Shown piece by piece: positions 10,414 to 22,300 of a DNA stretch of 46,030 nt. Each line of letters opens with the position of its first letter. Within the stretch, counting starts at the first letter, position 1. The notes beneath the pieces were generated by a model, which worked only from the letters and a program-made list of their open reading frames with translations, was not told the DNA's origin and ran no database searches. The stretch covers positions 1 to 46,030 of the forward strand of contig DYLI01000001.1 in NCBI GenBank assembly GCA_020722165.1. The letters are read 5' to 3'. This stretch comes from Halothiobacillus neapolitanus (GTDB lineage Bacteria; Pseudomonadota; Gammaproteobacteria; Halothiobacillales; Halothiobacillaceae). The position numbers and the translations under genes are program-made.

Positions 10414-10494
10414 GTAGTCCGGATGACAATCCGGGGCAAACGTTGCAATTTGCGCAACCAAATCCCGGATTCCGCTTCGCTTCATCCCGGCTAC
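10414..10494. repeat. GTAG-type REP doublet (REPIN-like)
   Basis: GTAGTCCGGATGACAATCCGGG ... CCCGGATTCCGCTTCGCTTCATCCCGGCTAC: inverted GTAG/CTAC feet with short palindromes, 10 bp after the pap stop. Confidence 0.8.
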
Positions 10495-10501
10495 CGCTCA
10501 A

Positions 10502-10605
10502 TAGGGCTTACGCGAAAAATGTCCAAGCAAGGCAAAGTGCCGAAGACAGTACACCAGTACGGGGAGGCGCTTGAACGCAGCCGGGGCGGTTTTGCATAAG
10601 CCCTG
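10502..10605 (+). repeat. ~103-bp ERIC-like hairpin/MITE-like element, copy B1
   Basis: Terminal IR AGGGCTTACGC/GCATAAGCCCT; internal GCAAGGC...GAAGACAGTAC-loop-GTAC...AACGC shared with 31088-31191 and 40386-40490. Confidence 0.85.
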
Positions 10606-12900
10606 TTAAATATCCTCATCACTGCGCACCAGGCTGCCCAAACCATAGCCACGCAGCGCGTCACGCAGGAGCTGACGCACATCCTCACCGCGCTCACAAT
10701 CCAGTGCCGCGTGCGCCAAGCTGCGCGCACGTTCCAGTGGCACACTGCGAATCACGCGTTTGATGCGCGGCAAACTGCCTGCACTCATACTCAACGAGTC
10801 AATGCCAAAACCGAGCAACACCAGCGCGCCCAGCGGATCGCCCGCCAATTCGCCGCACACACTCACCGGGCAGGCGGCACGCTGTCCACCGGCCACAATT
10901 TCGGCAATCGCACGTAGCACCGCAGGATGCAGACTGTCATACAGCGGCGCCACACGGGCGTTATTGCGGTCCACCGCCAACAAATACTGCGTTAAATCAT
11001 TCGTGCCCACGGAAAGAAAGTCCACCCGCTTGGCCAGTGCATCAATCTGATACACCGCCGAAGGCACTTCGATCATCACGCCCACGGGGACTTCAGCAAT
11101 CAGCAGTCCTTCTTCGCGCAATTCGTTCCGCGCGCGAACGATCAGCTCCAAAGCCTCATCCAGCTCGCCCACGCCACTAATCATCGGCAACAAAATGCGC
11201 AGGTTATCCAAGCCCACATTTGCCGTGAGCATGGCGCGCACCTGGGTCAGAAAAATATCCGGATGATCGAGCGTCAAGCGCATCCCGCGCCAGCCAAGAA
11301 ACGGATTATCTTCAATAATCGGAAAATAACTCAAGGGCTTATCGCCGCCGACATCCAGGGTACGCAAAATCGCCGGTCGCGGCGCGTAGGCGGCCAACAC
11401 CTCGCGGTACACTCGCGTTTGCTCGTCCTCACCAGGAAAATGGTCGCGCACCTGAAAAGGAATTTCGGTACGGTACAAACCTATGCCTTCCGCACCCACA
11501 TTATCCGCCGGAGCCATATCCGCCAGCAGACCCACGTTGACATACAAATGCACGCTGGCTCCATCCGGCGTAATCGCGGGTTCATCGCGCAAGGTGGCAA
11601 GCTCGGCAGAAAGCTGCACCTCCTCGCCCACCAAGCGCTCCAAAGCCTCACGCAACACCCCCGTAGGCTCAACATGCACCGCGCCGCGATAGCCATCGAG
11701 GCACAACTCACGCCTATCCAGACGCTCGATGGGCAAATCACTCGCGCCCATGACCGCAGGCACTCCCAACGCCCGCGCCAACAGTGCCACATGCGACGAA
11801 CTGGAACCACGCGCTGACACAATACCCGCCAAGCGACCATCCGGCACACTCGCCAGGTGGGTCACGGTAATTTCACGCCCCACCAGAATCGTGCGCAGCG
11901 GATACTCACGCGCAAAGCCTTCAACATCCTGTAAATGCTCCAGAATGCGACTCCCCAAATCGCGCACATCGTCACCACGCTGGCGCAGATAATCGTCATC
12001 CATGCCCGCAAACAACGCAGCGTACTCGCGCACCGTGTCGCGCAAGGCTGAAGGTGCCCACTGCCCATCAAGAATGCGCCGTTCCATACCCTGCAACAGA
12101 CTTTCGCTATCCAGCATCATGGCAAAGGCATCAAACAGGGCACACTCCTCCTCACTCACCCGCTTGGCCATGCTCTTCCGCAAGGCAACAAAATCCTCAC
12201 GCACGGCCTCGCGCGCGGCGCGCAAACGCGCAAGCTCCTGCTTGGGATCGTCACAAACGCGATCGGGCACGCCCTCCAAGTCAGCCAGCGGATACATCAC
12301 CACCGCCACACCAAAGGCCACGCCGCTTGCACCAGGCACACCGCGCAGTGGCTCACTAGACAATAATGAAGTGCGATTTGCCGACGCAGGCATCACGGCA
12401 TCGCTGATTTCAGCTTGCACAATGCTGCTGGCAAGCTGAGCCGCCAGGGTGACAAGGAAAGACTCCTGATCGTCAGAAAAATGACGCGGCTCGCGGTCTT
12501 GCACCACCAGCACGCCCAAAACCTCACCACGCAACACAATCGGCGCACCCAAAAAGGCGTGATACGGCTCCTCACCGATGTTGTCGATATGTTTATAGCG
12601 CGGGTGCAAGGGAGCATCAGCCAGATTCAGCGGCTCGGCACGCTGCGCCACCAGTCCGACCAAACCTTCATCCAGAGCCATCGAAACTTGCCCCACGGCC
12701 TCTGCCGCCAGACCCTCGTTGGCCATCAGCACCAGGCGCGCATTCACCTGCCCCACCTGCGCACGCGGCAGCAGATAGACCGAGCTCACCGCAACATTAA
12801 GGGTAGTGCGCACCCCATGCACAATCGCCGACAAGGCCGCATTGAGATCGCGCGCCCGCCCAACCTGACCAACAATATTCCGTAAGGTATCGAGAATCAT
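10606..12900 (-). CDS. ptsP: Nitrogen PTS enzyme I (EI-Ntr), GAF + PEP-utilising domains
   Basis: N-terminal GAF domain; SHVALLAR phospho-His, [27 protein letters not shown] and VCGE motifs; overlaps rppH. Confidence 0.96.
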   Translation of the reverse strand: MILDTLRNIVGQVGRARDLNAALSAIVHGVRTTLNVAVSSVYLLPRAQVGQVNARLVLMANEGLAAEAVGQVSMALDEGLVGLVAQRAEPLNLADAPLHPRYKHIDNIGEEPYHAFLGAPIVLRGEVLGVLVVQDREPRHFSDDQESFLVTLAAQLASSIVQAEISDAVMPASANRTSLLSSEPLRGVPGASGVAFGVAVVMYPLADLEGVPDRVCDDPKQELARLRAAREAVREDFVALRKSMAKRVSEEECALFDAFAMMLDSESLLQGMERRILDGQWAPSALRDTVREYAALFAGMDDDYLRQRGDDVRDLGSRILEHLQDVEGFAREYPLRTILVGREITVTHLASVPDGRLAGIVSARGSSSSHVALLARALGVPAVMGASDLPIERLDRRELCLDGYRGAVHVEPTGVLREALERLVGEEVQLSAELATLRDEPAITPDGASVHLYVNVGLLADMAPADNVGAEGIGLYRTEIPFQVRDHFPGEDEQTRVYREVLAAYAPRPAILRTLDVGGDKPLSYFPIIEDNPFLGWRGMRLTLDHPDIFLTQVRAMLTANVGLDNLRILLPMISGVGELDEALELIVRARNELREEGLLIAEVPVGVMIEVPSAVYQIDALAKRVDFLSVGTNDLTQYLLAVDRNNARVAPLYDSLHPAVLRAIAEIVAGGQRAACPVSVCGELAGDPLGALVLLGFGIDSLSMSAGSLPRIKRVIRSVPLERARSLAHAALDCERGEDVRQLLRDALRGYGLGSLVRSDEDI

Positions 12901-13430
12901 ACTTCCCCCAAACGCGCTAAAGTACGCGCGTCCACGGAAGGTAAGGCCACGGCATTATGCCCAGCGACCAAGGGCGCAAGCTCGTGCATCGCACGGCGAT
13001 ACACCTCACGCTTAAACGCCACCACCTCGCGCAGGGGATGCCAAAAATCCACCCAACGCCACGCGTCAAATTCCGGGTGCTGTGTCGCTGTCAAATGCAC
13101 GCTGTGATCCTCTGTCACCATGCGCAGCAAGAACCACTTTTGCTTCTGGCCAATACACACCGGGAAGGTACGCTTGCGCACCAAATTTCCCGGCAGCCGA
13201 TAACGCAACCAATCACGGGTACTGCCCAGCAAGCGCACATGCTCCGGCAATAACCCCGTCTCTTCGCGCAACTCTCGGAACATCGCTTCCAGGGGAGATT
13301 CCTCGCAGTGGATACCGCCTTGCGGAAACTGCCACGAATCATGCCCCAAACGACGCGCCCAAAATACTCGACCTTCCGCATTCACCAGAATGATGCCCAC
13401 ATTGGGGCGATAACCTTCTGAGTCGATCAT
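12897..13430 (-). CDS. rppH: RNA pyrophosphohydrolase RppH
   Basis: [13 protein letters not shown] start, Nudix box WQFPQGG...[19 protein letters not shown]. Confidence 0.96.
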   Translation of the reverse strand: MIDSEGYRPNVGIILVNAEGRVFWARRLGHDSWQFPQGGIHCEESPLEAMFRELREETGLLPEHVRLLGSTRDWLRYRLPGNLVRKRTFPVCIGQKQKWFLLRMVTEDHSVHLTATQHPEFDAWRWVDFWHPLREVVAFKREVYRRAMHELAPLVAGHNAVALPSVDARTLARLGEV

Positions 13431-13545
13431 GGGAAAACACATTGTTTTGATAATTGGAAGGGATTGTTCCACAAGCGTTGCGCGTGCGCAAAAAATGCTT
13501 CCACGCTTACAATACCGCACCACTTATCTTCCACAAGAAAAACCC

Positions 13546-14208
13546 ATGAATCTAGCCATTTTCGACCTTGACAACACCCTGCTTGCCGGCGATTCCGATT
13601 ATTTATGGGGACGCTTTCTGTGTGCCAAAGGCATTGTGGACTCAGAACTCTACGAAACCGCCAACCAGCGTTTTTATGAAGATTACAAGCTTGGCACGCT
13701 AGATATTGATGCCTTCCTGCGCTTTTCACTCGCCCCGCTGGCGCTGCACAGCGTTGAACAACTTGCGGCCTGGCACGCAGAATTCATGCAGGAGTTCATC
13801 GAGCCTATTATCTTGCCGCAAGCCATAGATTTGATCGAAAAACACCGCGCACGCGGCGATTATCCGCTCATCATCACCGCCACCAATGCTTTCGTCACCG
13901 AGCCGATTGCCCAGCGCCTCGGGATCAAAGACATCCTCGCCACCCAGCCTGAAATGCAGGACGGCCGCTATACCGGACGGTATATCGGCACCCCCACCTT
14001 TCAGCAAGGTAAAATCAAGGCGTTGCACGATTGGACGCTCGCCCAACCCAAGCCCTTTGAGAAAACATGGTTTTACAGCGATTCACGCAATGACCTGCCG
14101 CTGTTGGAGCAAGTCACGCACCCCGTCGCCGTGGATGCCGACACCGTGCTGACCGCAGAGGCCGCACGCCGAGGCTGGCCGCAGATTTCATTGCGCCCAA
14201 AAAATTAA
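13546..14208 (+). CDS. HAD-IB hydrolase, probable histidinol-phosphatase (P. aeruginosa PA0335-like)
   Basis: FDLDNTL, ITAT, GK and YSDSRND motifs; divergent from rppH-ptsP as in Pseudomonas. Confidence 0.8.
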   Translation: MNLAIFDLDNTLLAGDSDYLWGRFLCAKGIVDSELYETANQRFYEDYKLGTLDIDAFLRFSLAPLALHSVEQLAAWHAEFMQEFIEPIILPQAIDLIEKHRARGDYPLIITATNAFVTEPIAQRLGIKDILATQPEMQDGRYTGRYIGTPTFQQGKIKALHDWTLAQPKPFEKTWFYSDSRNDLPLLEQVTHPVAVDADTVLTAEAARRGWPQISLRPKN

Positions 14209-14210
14209 AA

Positions 14211-14266
14211 TTAGCCACAGAGAACACTGAAAAACACTTCCCAAGCTCTGTGCTCTCTGTGGCTAA
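14211..14266. repeat. CACAGAG-arm palindromic element, copy A2
   Basis: TTAGCCACAGAGAACACTGA ... CTCTGTGCTCTCTGTGGCTAA; fills the gap between the convergent HAD gene and dcd. Confidence 0.88.
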
Positions 14267-14271
14267 AAAAT

Positions 14272-14838
14272 TTAAGCCCTGGGCAAGGTTACTCCAGTCT
14301 GACCCATGTACTTGCCACCGCGATCCTTGTACGACACATCACAGACCTCATCCGACTCCAAAAACAACATCTGCGCCACGCCTTCGTTGGCGTAAATTTT
14401 CGCGGGCAACGGCGTGGTATTGGAAAACTCCAGAGTCACATGCCCCTCCCACTCTGGCTCCAGCGGCGTGACATTCACGATAATGCCGCAACGTGCATAG
14501 GTGCTTTTACCTAAGCAAATCGTCAACACCGAGCGCGGAATGCGGAAATACTCGACCGTGCGCGCCAAGGCGAATGAGTTCGGCGGAATAATGCACACAT
14601 CGGATTTGACCGAAACAAAACTTTTTTCATCAAAGTTTTTCGGATCAACAATCGTGCTGTTGATATTGGTAAAAATACGAAACTCATCCGCGCAGCGCAC
14701 ATCGTAGCCATAGCTCGATGTGCCATAGGAAATAATGCGCTGACCATCGGCCTCGCGCACCTGCACCGGCTCGAACGGCTCAATCATGCTCTGCTGCTCA
14801 GCCATGCGCCGAATCCAATGATCGGATTTAATACTCAT
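14272..14838 (-). CDS. dcd: dCTP deaminase
   Basis: [20 protein letters not shown] and [23 protein letters not shown] motifs. Confidence 0.97.
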   Translation of the reverse strand: MSIKSDHWIRRMAEQQSMIEPFEPVQVREADGQRIISYGTSSYGYDVRCADEFRIFTNINSTIVDPKNFDEKSFVSVKSDVCIIPPNSFALARTVEYFRIPRSVLTICLGKSTYARCGIIVNVTPLEPEWEGHVTLEFSNTTPLPAKIYANEGVAQMLFLESDEVCDVSYKDRGGKYMGQTGVTLPRA

Positions 14839-14854
14839 CGAAAGACTCCAAAAC

Positions 14855-15349
14855 TTAAATTAGGCGAAAGACGCCCTTGTCGCGATCTTTTGCAATGTGG
14901 GTAAAAGGCAGCACCAAGCCGTGCATCCCAATATAAACGCCCGGCGCATCATCCGCGAGCAACCAGCCCAAACTCAAGGCCACATTCATGGCCGCCTCCT
15001 GCGCGCCAAACGCATACGGCAGCATGGCACCGGTCAGTACAATGCGCTTATCCGGGCAGGCTTGCGCCAATTGCGCCGCACTCAGGTGCATGGTATCGGT
15101 ACCATGCACCACCAGCACGTGGCTTTCATCCGCCGTCAAAATCGCCTGCGCCATAGCTGCGCGATCCTGCTCATTCATGTCGAGGCTGTCCTTGTAGAGT
15201 AGCCCCTGAATGCGGCAAGTCACATTACCCTGCAACACCGCCAGAATGGATTCCACGGCCTGATTATCCTGCGGCACAAACAGTTCGCCGCGAATTGGAT
15301 CGTAGCGCTTATTGAGCGTGCCGCCGGTATTGAGCACCAAAAGGTTCAT
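14855..15349 (-). CDS. Short-chain L-asparaginase-like protein (N-terminal catalytic domain only, ~164 aa)
   Basis: NTGGT, KDS, HGTDTM and TGAM motifs; no C-terminal domain. Confidence 0.8.
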   Translation of the reverse strand: MNLLVLNTGGTLNKRYDPIRGELFVPQDNQAVESILAVLQGNVTCRIQGLLYKDSLDMNEQDRAAMAQAILTADESHVLVVHGTDTMHLSAAQLAQACPDKRIVLTGAMLPYAFGAQEAAMNVALSLGWLLADDAPGVYIGMHGLVLPFTHIAKDRDKGVFRLI

Positions 15350-15459
15350 TATTTTGCTCAAGCTTTTGACCTGTTGTTGTTTAATCGCCATTTCATAGGC
15401 GGGACTGTGCCATTTCGCATAGAATAGCGGCCAATTTTAATAAGACCACAGAGTACATC

Positions 15460-15774
15460 ATGGAACAGGCTCAGCCCTTCCGTTACATCATCGAAAGCGT
15501 GACCCAAGACGGCAAACGCTTCCGCCCCAGCGACTGGATTGATCGCCTTTCCAGCTGGGATGCCACCTTTATTCAACACCGCCTAGTGTTCTCCGATCGC
15601 CTACACCCGGTCAATATCAAGGGTGAAAAGTGCTTAGCGATTGAACCCATACTCAAAGAAGAAGCGCCCGCCATGTATGAGCAAATTCTAGGCTTTGCAC
15701 GCGCCAACAACCTCAAAGCCCACCGCCAGACGATAGATGGCGTGATGACCGAAATAGCTCTCGATGATCTCTAA
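15460..15774 (+). CDS. DUF3579-like conserved protein
   Basis: [21 protein letters not shown] and FARANNL resemble the DUF3579 signature. Confidence 0.7.
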   Translation: MEQAQPFRYIIESVTQDGKRFRPSDWIDRLSSWDATFIQHRLVFSDRLHPVNIKGEKCLAIEPILKEEAPAMYEQILGFARANNLKAHRQTIDGVMTEIALDDL

Positions 15775-17104
15775 AAATACACCCGCCCCCAAAGTCGGCT
15801 TCGTCAGCCTCGGCTGCCCCAAGGCGCTTGTGGATTCCGAGCGCATTCTCACCCAGTTGCGCGCCGAAGGTTACAGCATTTCCCCAAGCTACCAGGATGC
15901 TGATCTCGTCGTGGTCAACACCTGCGGCTTTATCGACTCAGCCACTCAAGAATCGCTGGACACCATTGGCGAGGCGCTGGCCGAAAACGGCAAAGTCATT
16001 GTCACCGGCTGCCTGGGCGCACGCGAAGACGGTGCTCTGATTCGCAAGGCGCACCCCAGCGTACTGGCCATCACCGGCCCGCACGCCTATGAAGAAGTGA
16101 TGCACGCGGTTCATGATCACCTGCCGCCGCTACATGACCCGTTCCTTGACCTGATTCCCCCCCAAGGTATCAAGCTCACCCCGGCGCACTACGCCTACCT
16201 GAAAATTTCCGAAGGCTGCAACCACCGTTGCAGTTTTTGCATCATCCCGCACCTGCGTGGCGATTTAGTCAGCCGTCCGATTGGCGAGGTGATGACTGAG
16301 GCCGAAAACCTGGTTAAAGCCGGGGTCAAAGAGCTACTCGTGGTTTCGCAAGACACCAGCGCCTATGGTCTTGATTTGAAATACAAAACCGATTTCTGGG
16401 GCGGTCGCCCACTGAAAACCAAGTTCTACGACCTAGCACAAGCCTTGGGCGAACTCGGCGTGTGGGTGCGCATGCACTACGTCTACCCCTACCCGCACGT
16501 GGACGAAGTGATTCCGCTGATGGCGGATGGCAAAATTCTGCCCTATTTGGATATTCCGTTTCAGCACGGCAGCCAGCGCATCCTCAAGGCGATGAAACGC
16601 CCGGCCTCCAGCGAAAACGCGCTGGCGCGCATCAAAGCATGGCGCGACATTTGCCCTGAATTGGCGATTCGCTCCACCTTTATCGTCGGTTTTCCCGGCG
16701 AAACCGAAGACGATTTTGAGCAACTGCTAGAATTCATCGACGAAGCCCAAATCGACCGTGCGGGTTGTTTCAAATACTCACCCGTCGATGGCGCGCCTGC
16801 GAATGACTTACCCAACGCCGTGCCGGAAGAGATCAAAGAAGAACGTTGGCACCGCTTTATGGCACGCCAAACCGAAGTCAGCACCTCATGTCTGGAAGAA
16901 AAACTGGGCAAGCGCATGACCGTGTTAGTGGATGAAATCGACAGCGAAGGTGCGGTGGCACGCTCGTATGCCGACGCACCCGAAATCGACGGCAACGTGT
17001 TTATCGACGGCGCCACCCACCTCAAACCCGGTCAATTCGTCGAAGTCGAAATCACTGAATTTGGTGAGCATGACTTGTGGGGACGAATTCTAAAAACTCC
17101 CTAA
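15764..17104 (+). CDS. rimO: Ribosomal protein S12 methylthiotransferase
   Basis: [26 protein letters not shown] radical-SAM motif, C-terminal TRAM domain (DAPEIDG). Confidence 0.97.
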   Translation: MISKNTPAPKVGFVSLGCPKALVDSERILTQLRAEGYSISPSYQDADLVVVNTCGFIDSATQESLDTIGEALAENGKVIVTGCLGAREDGALIRKAHPSVLAITGPHAYEEVMHAVHDHLPPLHDPFLDLIPPQGIKLTPAHYAYLKISEGCNHRCSFCIIPHLRGDLVSRPIGEVMTEAENLVKAGVKELLVVSQDTSAYGLDLKYKTDFWGGRPLKTKFYDLAQALGELGVWVRMHYVYPYPHVDEVIPLMADGKILPYLDIPFQHGSQRILKAMKRPASSENALARIKAWRDICPELAIRSTFIVGFPGETEDDFEQLLEFIDEAQIDRAGCFKYSPVDGAPANDLPNAVPEEIKEERWHRFMARQTEVSTSCLEEKLGKRMTVLVDEIDSEGAVARSYADAPEIDGNVFIDGATHLKPGQFVEVEITEFGEHDLWGRILKTP

Positions 17105-17126
17105 TGGACTCAACCGCGAGGCATGT

Positions 17127-17648
17127 ATGAGCCAAGAACGCAGCTTTATCCCCCTCAATATCGCTGTCCTCACCGTGTCGGATACGCGCCAGATCGACAA
17201 CGACACGTCCGGCCAGACTTTAGTCGATCGGCTTGAAGCCGCCGGACACCGAACCCATGCGCGTCGCATCGTCAAGGATGATAAATATGCGATTCGCGCG
17301 GTGGTTTCAGCATGGATTGCCGCGCCTGAGGTTCAGGTCATCATCAGCACGGGCGGCACAGGACTCACCGGACGCGACGGCACACCCGAAGCCATGCGCC
17401 CCTTGCTCGACAAGGAAATCGAGGGTTTTGGCGAGCTATTTCGCGTGCTCTCGTTCAACGATATTGGCACATCAAGCCTGCAATCACGCGCCACAGCAGG
17501 CGTGGCCAATGGCACCTACATCTTCGTCTTGCCCGGCTCGTCCGGTGCATGCAAGGATGGCTGGGACAAGCTCATTCAAGCCCAACTCGACTACCGCACC
17601 CAGCCCTGCAATATGGTTGAGCTTATGCCGCGCTTGCTGGAAAAGTAA
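17127..17648 (+). CDS. moaB: Molybdenum cofactor biosynthesis protein MoaB
   Basis: [24 protein letters not shown] and LPGS motifs. Confidence 0.93.
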   Translation: MSQERSFIPLNIAVLTVSDTRQIDNDTSGQTLVDRLEAAGHRTHARRIVKDDKYAIRAVVSAWIAAPEVQVIISTGGTGLTGRDGTPEAMRPLLDKEIEGFGELFRVLSFNDIGTSSLQSRATAGVANGTYIFVLPGSSGACKDGWDKLIQAQLDYRTQPCNMVELMPRLLEK

Positions 17649-17758
17649 GCACCCGTGTTCTTGTCCGCGCGTATTAATAGGCTGGCATGGGTTGCGTTTA
17701 GTAAAAATTGTACAAAACTAGAGGCTCATCCGTCGTTTTTACTTGAGAGGATAGCGTC

Positions 17759-18310
17759 ATGAGCCAATATCAGATCGCCGTGTTCGTCGGCAGCCTTCGC
17801 AAGGAATCATTTAATCGCCAACTGGCCAATGCTGTTGCCAAACTCGCACCGCCGGAATTTAGCTTCAAGCAAATCAAAATTGGCGAACTACCGCTCTACA
17901 ATCAGGACGATGACGCGCATCAGGCAGACTCGGTCAAGCGGCTTAAGGCCGAAATCCTTACCGCGCAAGGTCTGTTATTTGTCACCCCGGAATACAACCG
18001 CTCAATATCCGCCGTACTTAAGAATGCCATCGAGCACGCCTCACGTCCCTATGGATCAAGTGCGTGGGCAGGAAAGCCGGCGGGGATATTGGGGGTGTCT
18101 CCCGGTGCCACGGGCACGGCAGCAGCTCAACAGCACCTGCGCAACATCCTTGCAGCGCTGGATGTAGCGACGCTAGGCCTGCCTGAGGCGTTCATCCAGG
18201 CGAGAGATGGCTTGTTTGATGAGGCAGGTGACATCAGCATCGCCAGCCGACCATTCCTGCAAAGCTGGATGGAATGCTACGTTGCCTGGATTAAAAAACA
18301 CGCCGAATGA
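17759..18310 (+). CDS. NAD(P)H-dependent FMN reductase (ChrR/YieF-like)
   Basis: GSLRKESFN, LPLYNQD, TPEYNRS and WAGKP motifs; GAGAGGA RBS. Confidence 0.9.
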   Translation: MSQYQIAVFVGSLRKESFNRQLANAVAKLAPPEFSFKQIKIGELPLYNQDDDAHQADSVKRLKAEILTAQGLLFVTPEYNRSISAVLKNAIEHASRPYGSSAWAGKPAGILGVSPGATGTAAAQQHLRNILAALDVATLGLPEAFIQARDGLFDEAGDISIASRPFLQSWMECYVAWIKKHAE

Positions 18311-18337
18311 ACCGTCTTCAATTCAACGGGCAGAACA

Positions 18338-18357
18338 AAGGCGACCGAAGTCGCCTT
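18338..18357 (-). terminator. Intrinsic terminator between the convergent FMN reductase and LysR genes
   Basis: AAGGCGAC-CGAA-GTCGCCTT hairpin; reads as a cUUCGg tetraloop followed by UGUUCU on the minus strand. Confidence 0.75.
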
Positions 18358-18386
18358 GATTGCGAAGCCTCAAAAACAAGGCTAAA

Positions 18387-19283
18387 TCAACTCTGCTTGG
18401 AACAGAACCCACGCGCAAAAGTCAGCAGCGCTTCCATGGCGGGCAAACGGAATTTGTGACGCTGGCGCACAAACGAGAAGCCACGCAACAAAGGCGGATC
18501 AAGCGGTACACTGACCAACATATCCAGCTTGAGCTCTTTGGCAATGCCGGACTTGGACATAACCGACAACCCCATGCCAGCTTCGACCGCACCCTTGATC
18601 GCCTCAGGGCTACCCAACTCCATGCACACCGTCCAACCGTCGGGAAAGCCTTGTTCAATCAGATAATTGAAGATGGCTTCGCGCGTACCGGAGCCTTCTT
18701 CACGGCAAATAAACTGATACGGCATCAACTGATCAACGGTCAGGGTTTCATTTTTTGCCAGCGGATGATCGGGCGGCATGATGACCACCAGTTCATCGTC
18801 ACGACAGGCTTCAACCAGCAGATTTTTGTTGCTGATACTACCTTCGACAATCGCCAAGTCGATCACGTTATGTTCGACCATCGACACGATCGCTTCGCTA
18901 TTGCCCACTTTCAAGCGCACATTCAGATCGGGATGCTTCTTGCGGAACTGTCCAAGCAGGGCGGGCAGTATATTTTCAGCCACCGTCATGCTTGCACCGA
19001 TATTCAGCGAGCCACCCATTTCGCCCGTCATCTCGCGCACTCGCCGCTCCATCTCGTCGTAATGCTCAAAAATGCGCTCCGCAACCTCGTACACCACCAC
19101 CCCCACATCGGTAAGCGTCACGCGGTTATGCGTGCGGTCAAACAAACGTGTATCGAAATGCTCTTCCAACTGGCGCACTTGAAACGTCACCGCCGGCTGA
19201 GTCATGTGCAGGGATTCAGCCGCCTTGGTAAAGCTGAGTAAGCGTGCCACGGTGTAGAAAACCTTGAGTCTGCGATCGGCCAT
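18387..19283 (-). CDS. LysR-family regulator (CysL/CmpR-like substrate domain)
   Basis: SFTKAAESLHMTQPAVTFQVRQLE HTH; REEGSGTR; GSPEAIKGAVEAGMG. Confidence 0.92.
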   Translation of the reverse strand: MADRRLKVFYTVARLLSFTKAAESLHMTQPAVTFQVRQLEEHFDTRLFDRTHNRVTLTDVGVVVYEVAERIFEHYDEMERRVREMTGEMGGSLNIGASMTVAENILPALLGQFRKKHPDLNVRLKVGNSEAIVSMVEHNVIDLAIVEGSISNKNLLVEACRDDELVVIMPPDHPLAKNETLTVDQLMPYQFICREEGSGTREAIFNYLIEQGFPDGWTVCMELGSPEAIKGAVEAGMGLSVMSKSGIAKELKLDMLVSVPLDPPLLRGFSFVRQRHKFRLPAMEALLTFARGFCSKQS

Positions 19284-19372
19284 ATCTCGTTCCTTATTAG
19301 AGTTCGCTTGACTATTCTATCCGCTATCTAGCATTTTTATAAGGGCATGGGGCATTTAACGCGAAATCTGCC

Positions 19373-22300
19373 TCAAATTTTGGCCGCCAAAGCACTTTTG
19401 CGCTGCCAACGCCAGTAGACCAAGGGAATGACGACAAGCGTTAACAAGGTCGAAGCCAGCGTGCCAAAAATCAGCGATACCGCAAGGCCACCAAACACCG
19501 GGTCAGACACCATAATCACCGAGCCGAGCATGATCGCCAGCGCGGTAAGCAAAATCGGGCGGAAACGCACTGCACCTGCTTCAATCACCGCCTGCTCCAG
19601 ACTGTAACCCTGCCGACGATAATCAAGAATAAAATCGATGAGCAGCAAGGAGTTACGCACCACCACCCCGGCCAGTGCAATCACCCCAATCATGGATGTC
19701 GCGGTAAATGCCTGCTCCGTGACCCAATGACCGGGGAAGATGCCGACCAGGGTCAGCGGAATCGCGCCCATCACAATCAAGGGCAGCATGAAGGATTTGT
19801 AGTAGGCCACCAGCATCAGGTAGATAAGAATAATCGCCACAATGAACGCCGAACCAAGATCACGGAACACATCCAGCGTCAGGCGCATTTCACCGCCCCA
19901 AAGCAGGGTGTAATCAACAATATCCTTCGGTTCCGCCTGCACAAACCCAAGGTTGCCGGTGGCAAAGCGCGCACCATTGGGCAATGCTTGCCCATCCAGC
20001 GCCTTGTCCAAGGCCAACACTGCATACACTGGACTGGAACGCAACAGCTCGCCACCGACGATGACCATGGGATGCTGATCGCGGTCGAGATAGGGCTTGT
20101 TGTCCGCAACCTGCTCTAATTTTGCGATGGTCGATAATGGAATGAACGCACCTTGGGCATTTTTCACCCCCATGCTCAACAGCTGCGCGGGCAGCGCACG
20201 CTCGGCCTGCGGCAAACGCAGCACAATTTCAATGGGTTCACGTGCCTGGTTTTCCGCGCTCAATGCGTGCACGGTTCCTGCGGGCAAACCGGACACCGCG
20301 TCACGCAATAACTGCGCGACCTGCCCCGCCGCCACGCCGGAGAGCATGGCTTTTTCCTTATCCAGTACCACGCGGTAGGTCAACACGTCCGCGCCCACCG
20401 AGTCATCCACGTTAATCATGCCGTAGGTTTCACCGAACGCCTGATCGACAAAAGCGGCGGACTGGCGCAGCACAGCGTAATCTGGCCCATACAATTCAGC
20501 CAGTATTTGCGCCTGCACCGGCGGCCCTGGCGGGGTTTCGTAGATTTTCAACTTGGCCTGTGGAAAAGCGGCGCGCAGTGGCTCCAGAGCATGATCGATC
20601 TGCTCGGCCAGCTCATGCGAGCTTGGCTTACGCGCATGTTTGTCGCGCAAATTGACGCGAATTTGCGCGATATGTGTGCCGCGCTTCACTAAATCACCAC
20701 GCACCAGCGCCGCAAAATCAATCGGCGCGGTCATGCCGGTATAGCTGCTGTAATCCAGCACCTGCGGCTCGGCGGCCAACACCTCGCCCACCGCACTCAC
20801 CACGCGGTCGGTTTCGGCCAGCGCCGTGCCCTGCGGCATATCGAGCTGGAGCAAGAAGGTGTTGGTATTGTCATTGGGCAGCATTTTCAGCTCCACACCC
20901 AAGGGCGAAAGCGCGCCACCAACACCCGCCGGGCGAATAAACTGCCACGCTGGCATCAGCATGGCGGCCACCAGTAAGACTAACACCACGAAAATGGTCA
21001 TCCAGCGCATCCAGCGAGTGCGCAATAACGGCTCCATCACCGCCACATAGGCACGATGCAGAATGTCTTTTTGCTCGTGATCGCGTTCGTCCAGCGCCGC
21101 ACGATTAATAAGGGCGCGGGCAGCGGCCTTGTTCGACAGCCAGATGCGCGCCGCCCAAGGCACGATCATGTAAGCAATCACCAAAGACGCAATCATCGCC
21201 ACCGGCACATTCAGCGGAATCGGGCGCATGAACGGCCCCATCATGCCGCTGACAAAAGCCATAGGAATAAAGGCCAGAATCACCGCAATGGTTGCCACAT
21301 TGGTCGGGTTGCCGATTTCATTGGTCGCTGTCACCAGCATTTTGGAAAAATCCCCATCTTTTCCCCCGCCCTTAAAGTCGTGCATATGCCGGTGAATGTT
21401 TTCAATCACCACAATCGCCGCATCCACCAACAGCCCCAGCGATAAAATCAGCGCAAACAGGGTAATGCGGTTAATCGTCTGCCCCATGAGCAAACCGGTC
21501 GCCAACACCACGAACAGAATCAGCGGCACGGTCAGGGTCACAATGCCCGCCTCACGCCAACCGAGGAAGAAAATCAGAATCAGCACCACCGAACCCACGG
21601 CAATCGCCAAGTGCTCAAACAGCGTATTCACCGCCTCGTTAGCTTTAGCGCCATCGTTGCGCGTGACGACTAACTCTATACCCTGCGGCAGGGCAAGTTT
21701 TTTCAGCTCAGCAAGCTTGCTTAGCACTGCATCGGCCACCACCACGGCATTCGTGCCCGCTTGCTTGGCCAATACCAAGGTCACGGCAGGCTCGGCACCA
21801 CGGAACGGCGGGCTGTCTGCCGCCGCGCCAAAGCCAAAACGCGCCACGTTTTCCGTCTCACGCGCACCCTCTTCGATGCGCGCAATATCACGCAGATAAA
21901 TGGCCTGCCCTTGCATCCCGCCTTTGGGTGGTGGCGAGACACCGACGATAACCTCGCCCACTTCCGCCGCCGAATGCAGCACACCACTTAAACGTAAAGG
22001 CACGGAGGCATCCTGCGCCACCAAATCCCCGAGCGGTGCTGACACATTGCTGGCTTGCAGCATCTGACTGATTTGTTCCAGACTCACTCCGCGCGATTGC
22101 ATACGCAGCGGGTCCAGCCAAACAGTCACCGCCCTCGAACGTCCACCAACCACTTCGGTCAAGGACACGCCGGGCACATTGCGTAAATGCTCCATCAGCA
22201 GCAAACCGACTTCACGCAGCTTTTGCTCATCAACCGCGAGCGGATTCGAGGCTGCCAGCGCAATGGTCATAATCGGCACATCATCCACATTGATCGGCTT

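Noticed and set aside
10378-10745. Small ORFs across the pap-ptsP gap, and similar ORFs at 30649..31185 and 40385..40777
   Set aside because: They read through REP or B elements. The shared peptide (QY..YGEA.ER..GGFA) only reflects the DNA repeat.
17690-17725. AT-rich stretch with a TTGTACAA palindrome upstream of the FMN reductase as an operator
   Set aside because: Only an 8-bp palindrome with no cognate regulator identifiable; too weak to call.
18360-19241. Long antisense ORFs (293 aa opposite LysR; also 29665..30603, 28312..29127, 35145..35921)
   Set aside because: Shadow frames of well-supported genes in GC-rich sequence, with no motifs.
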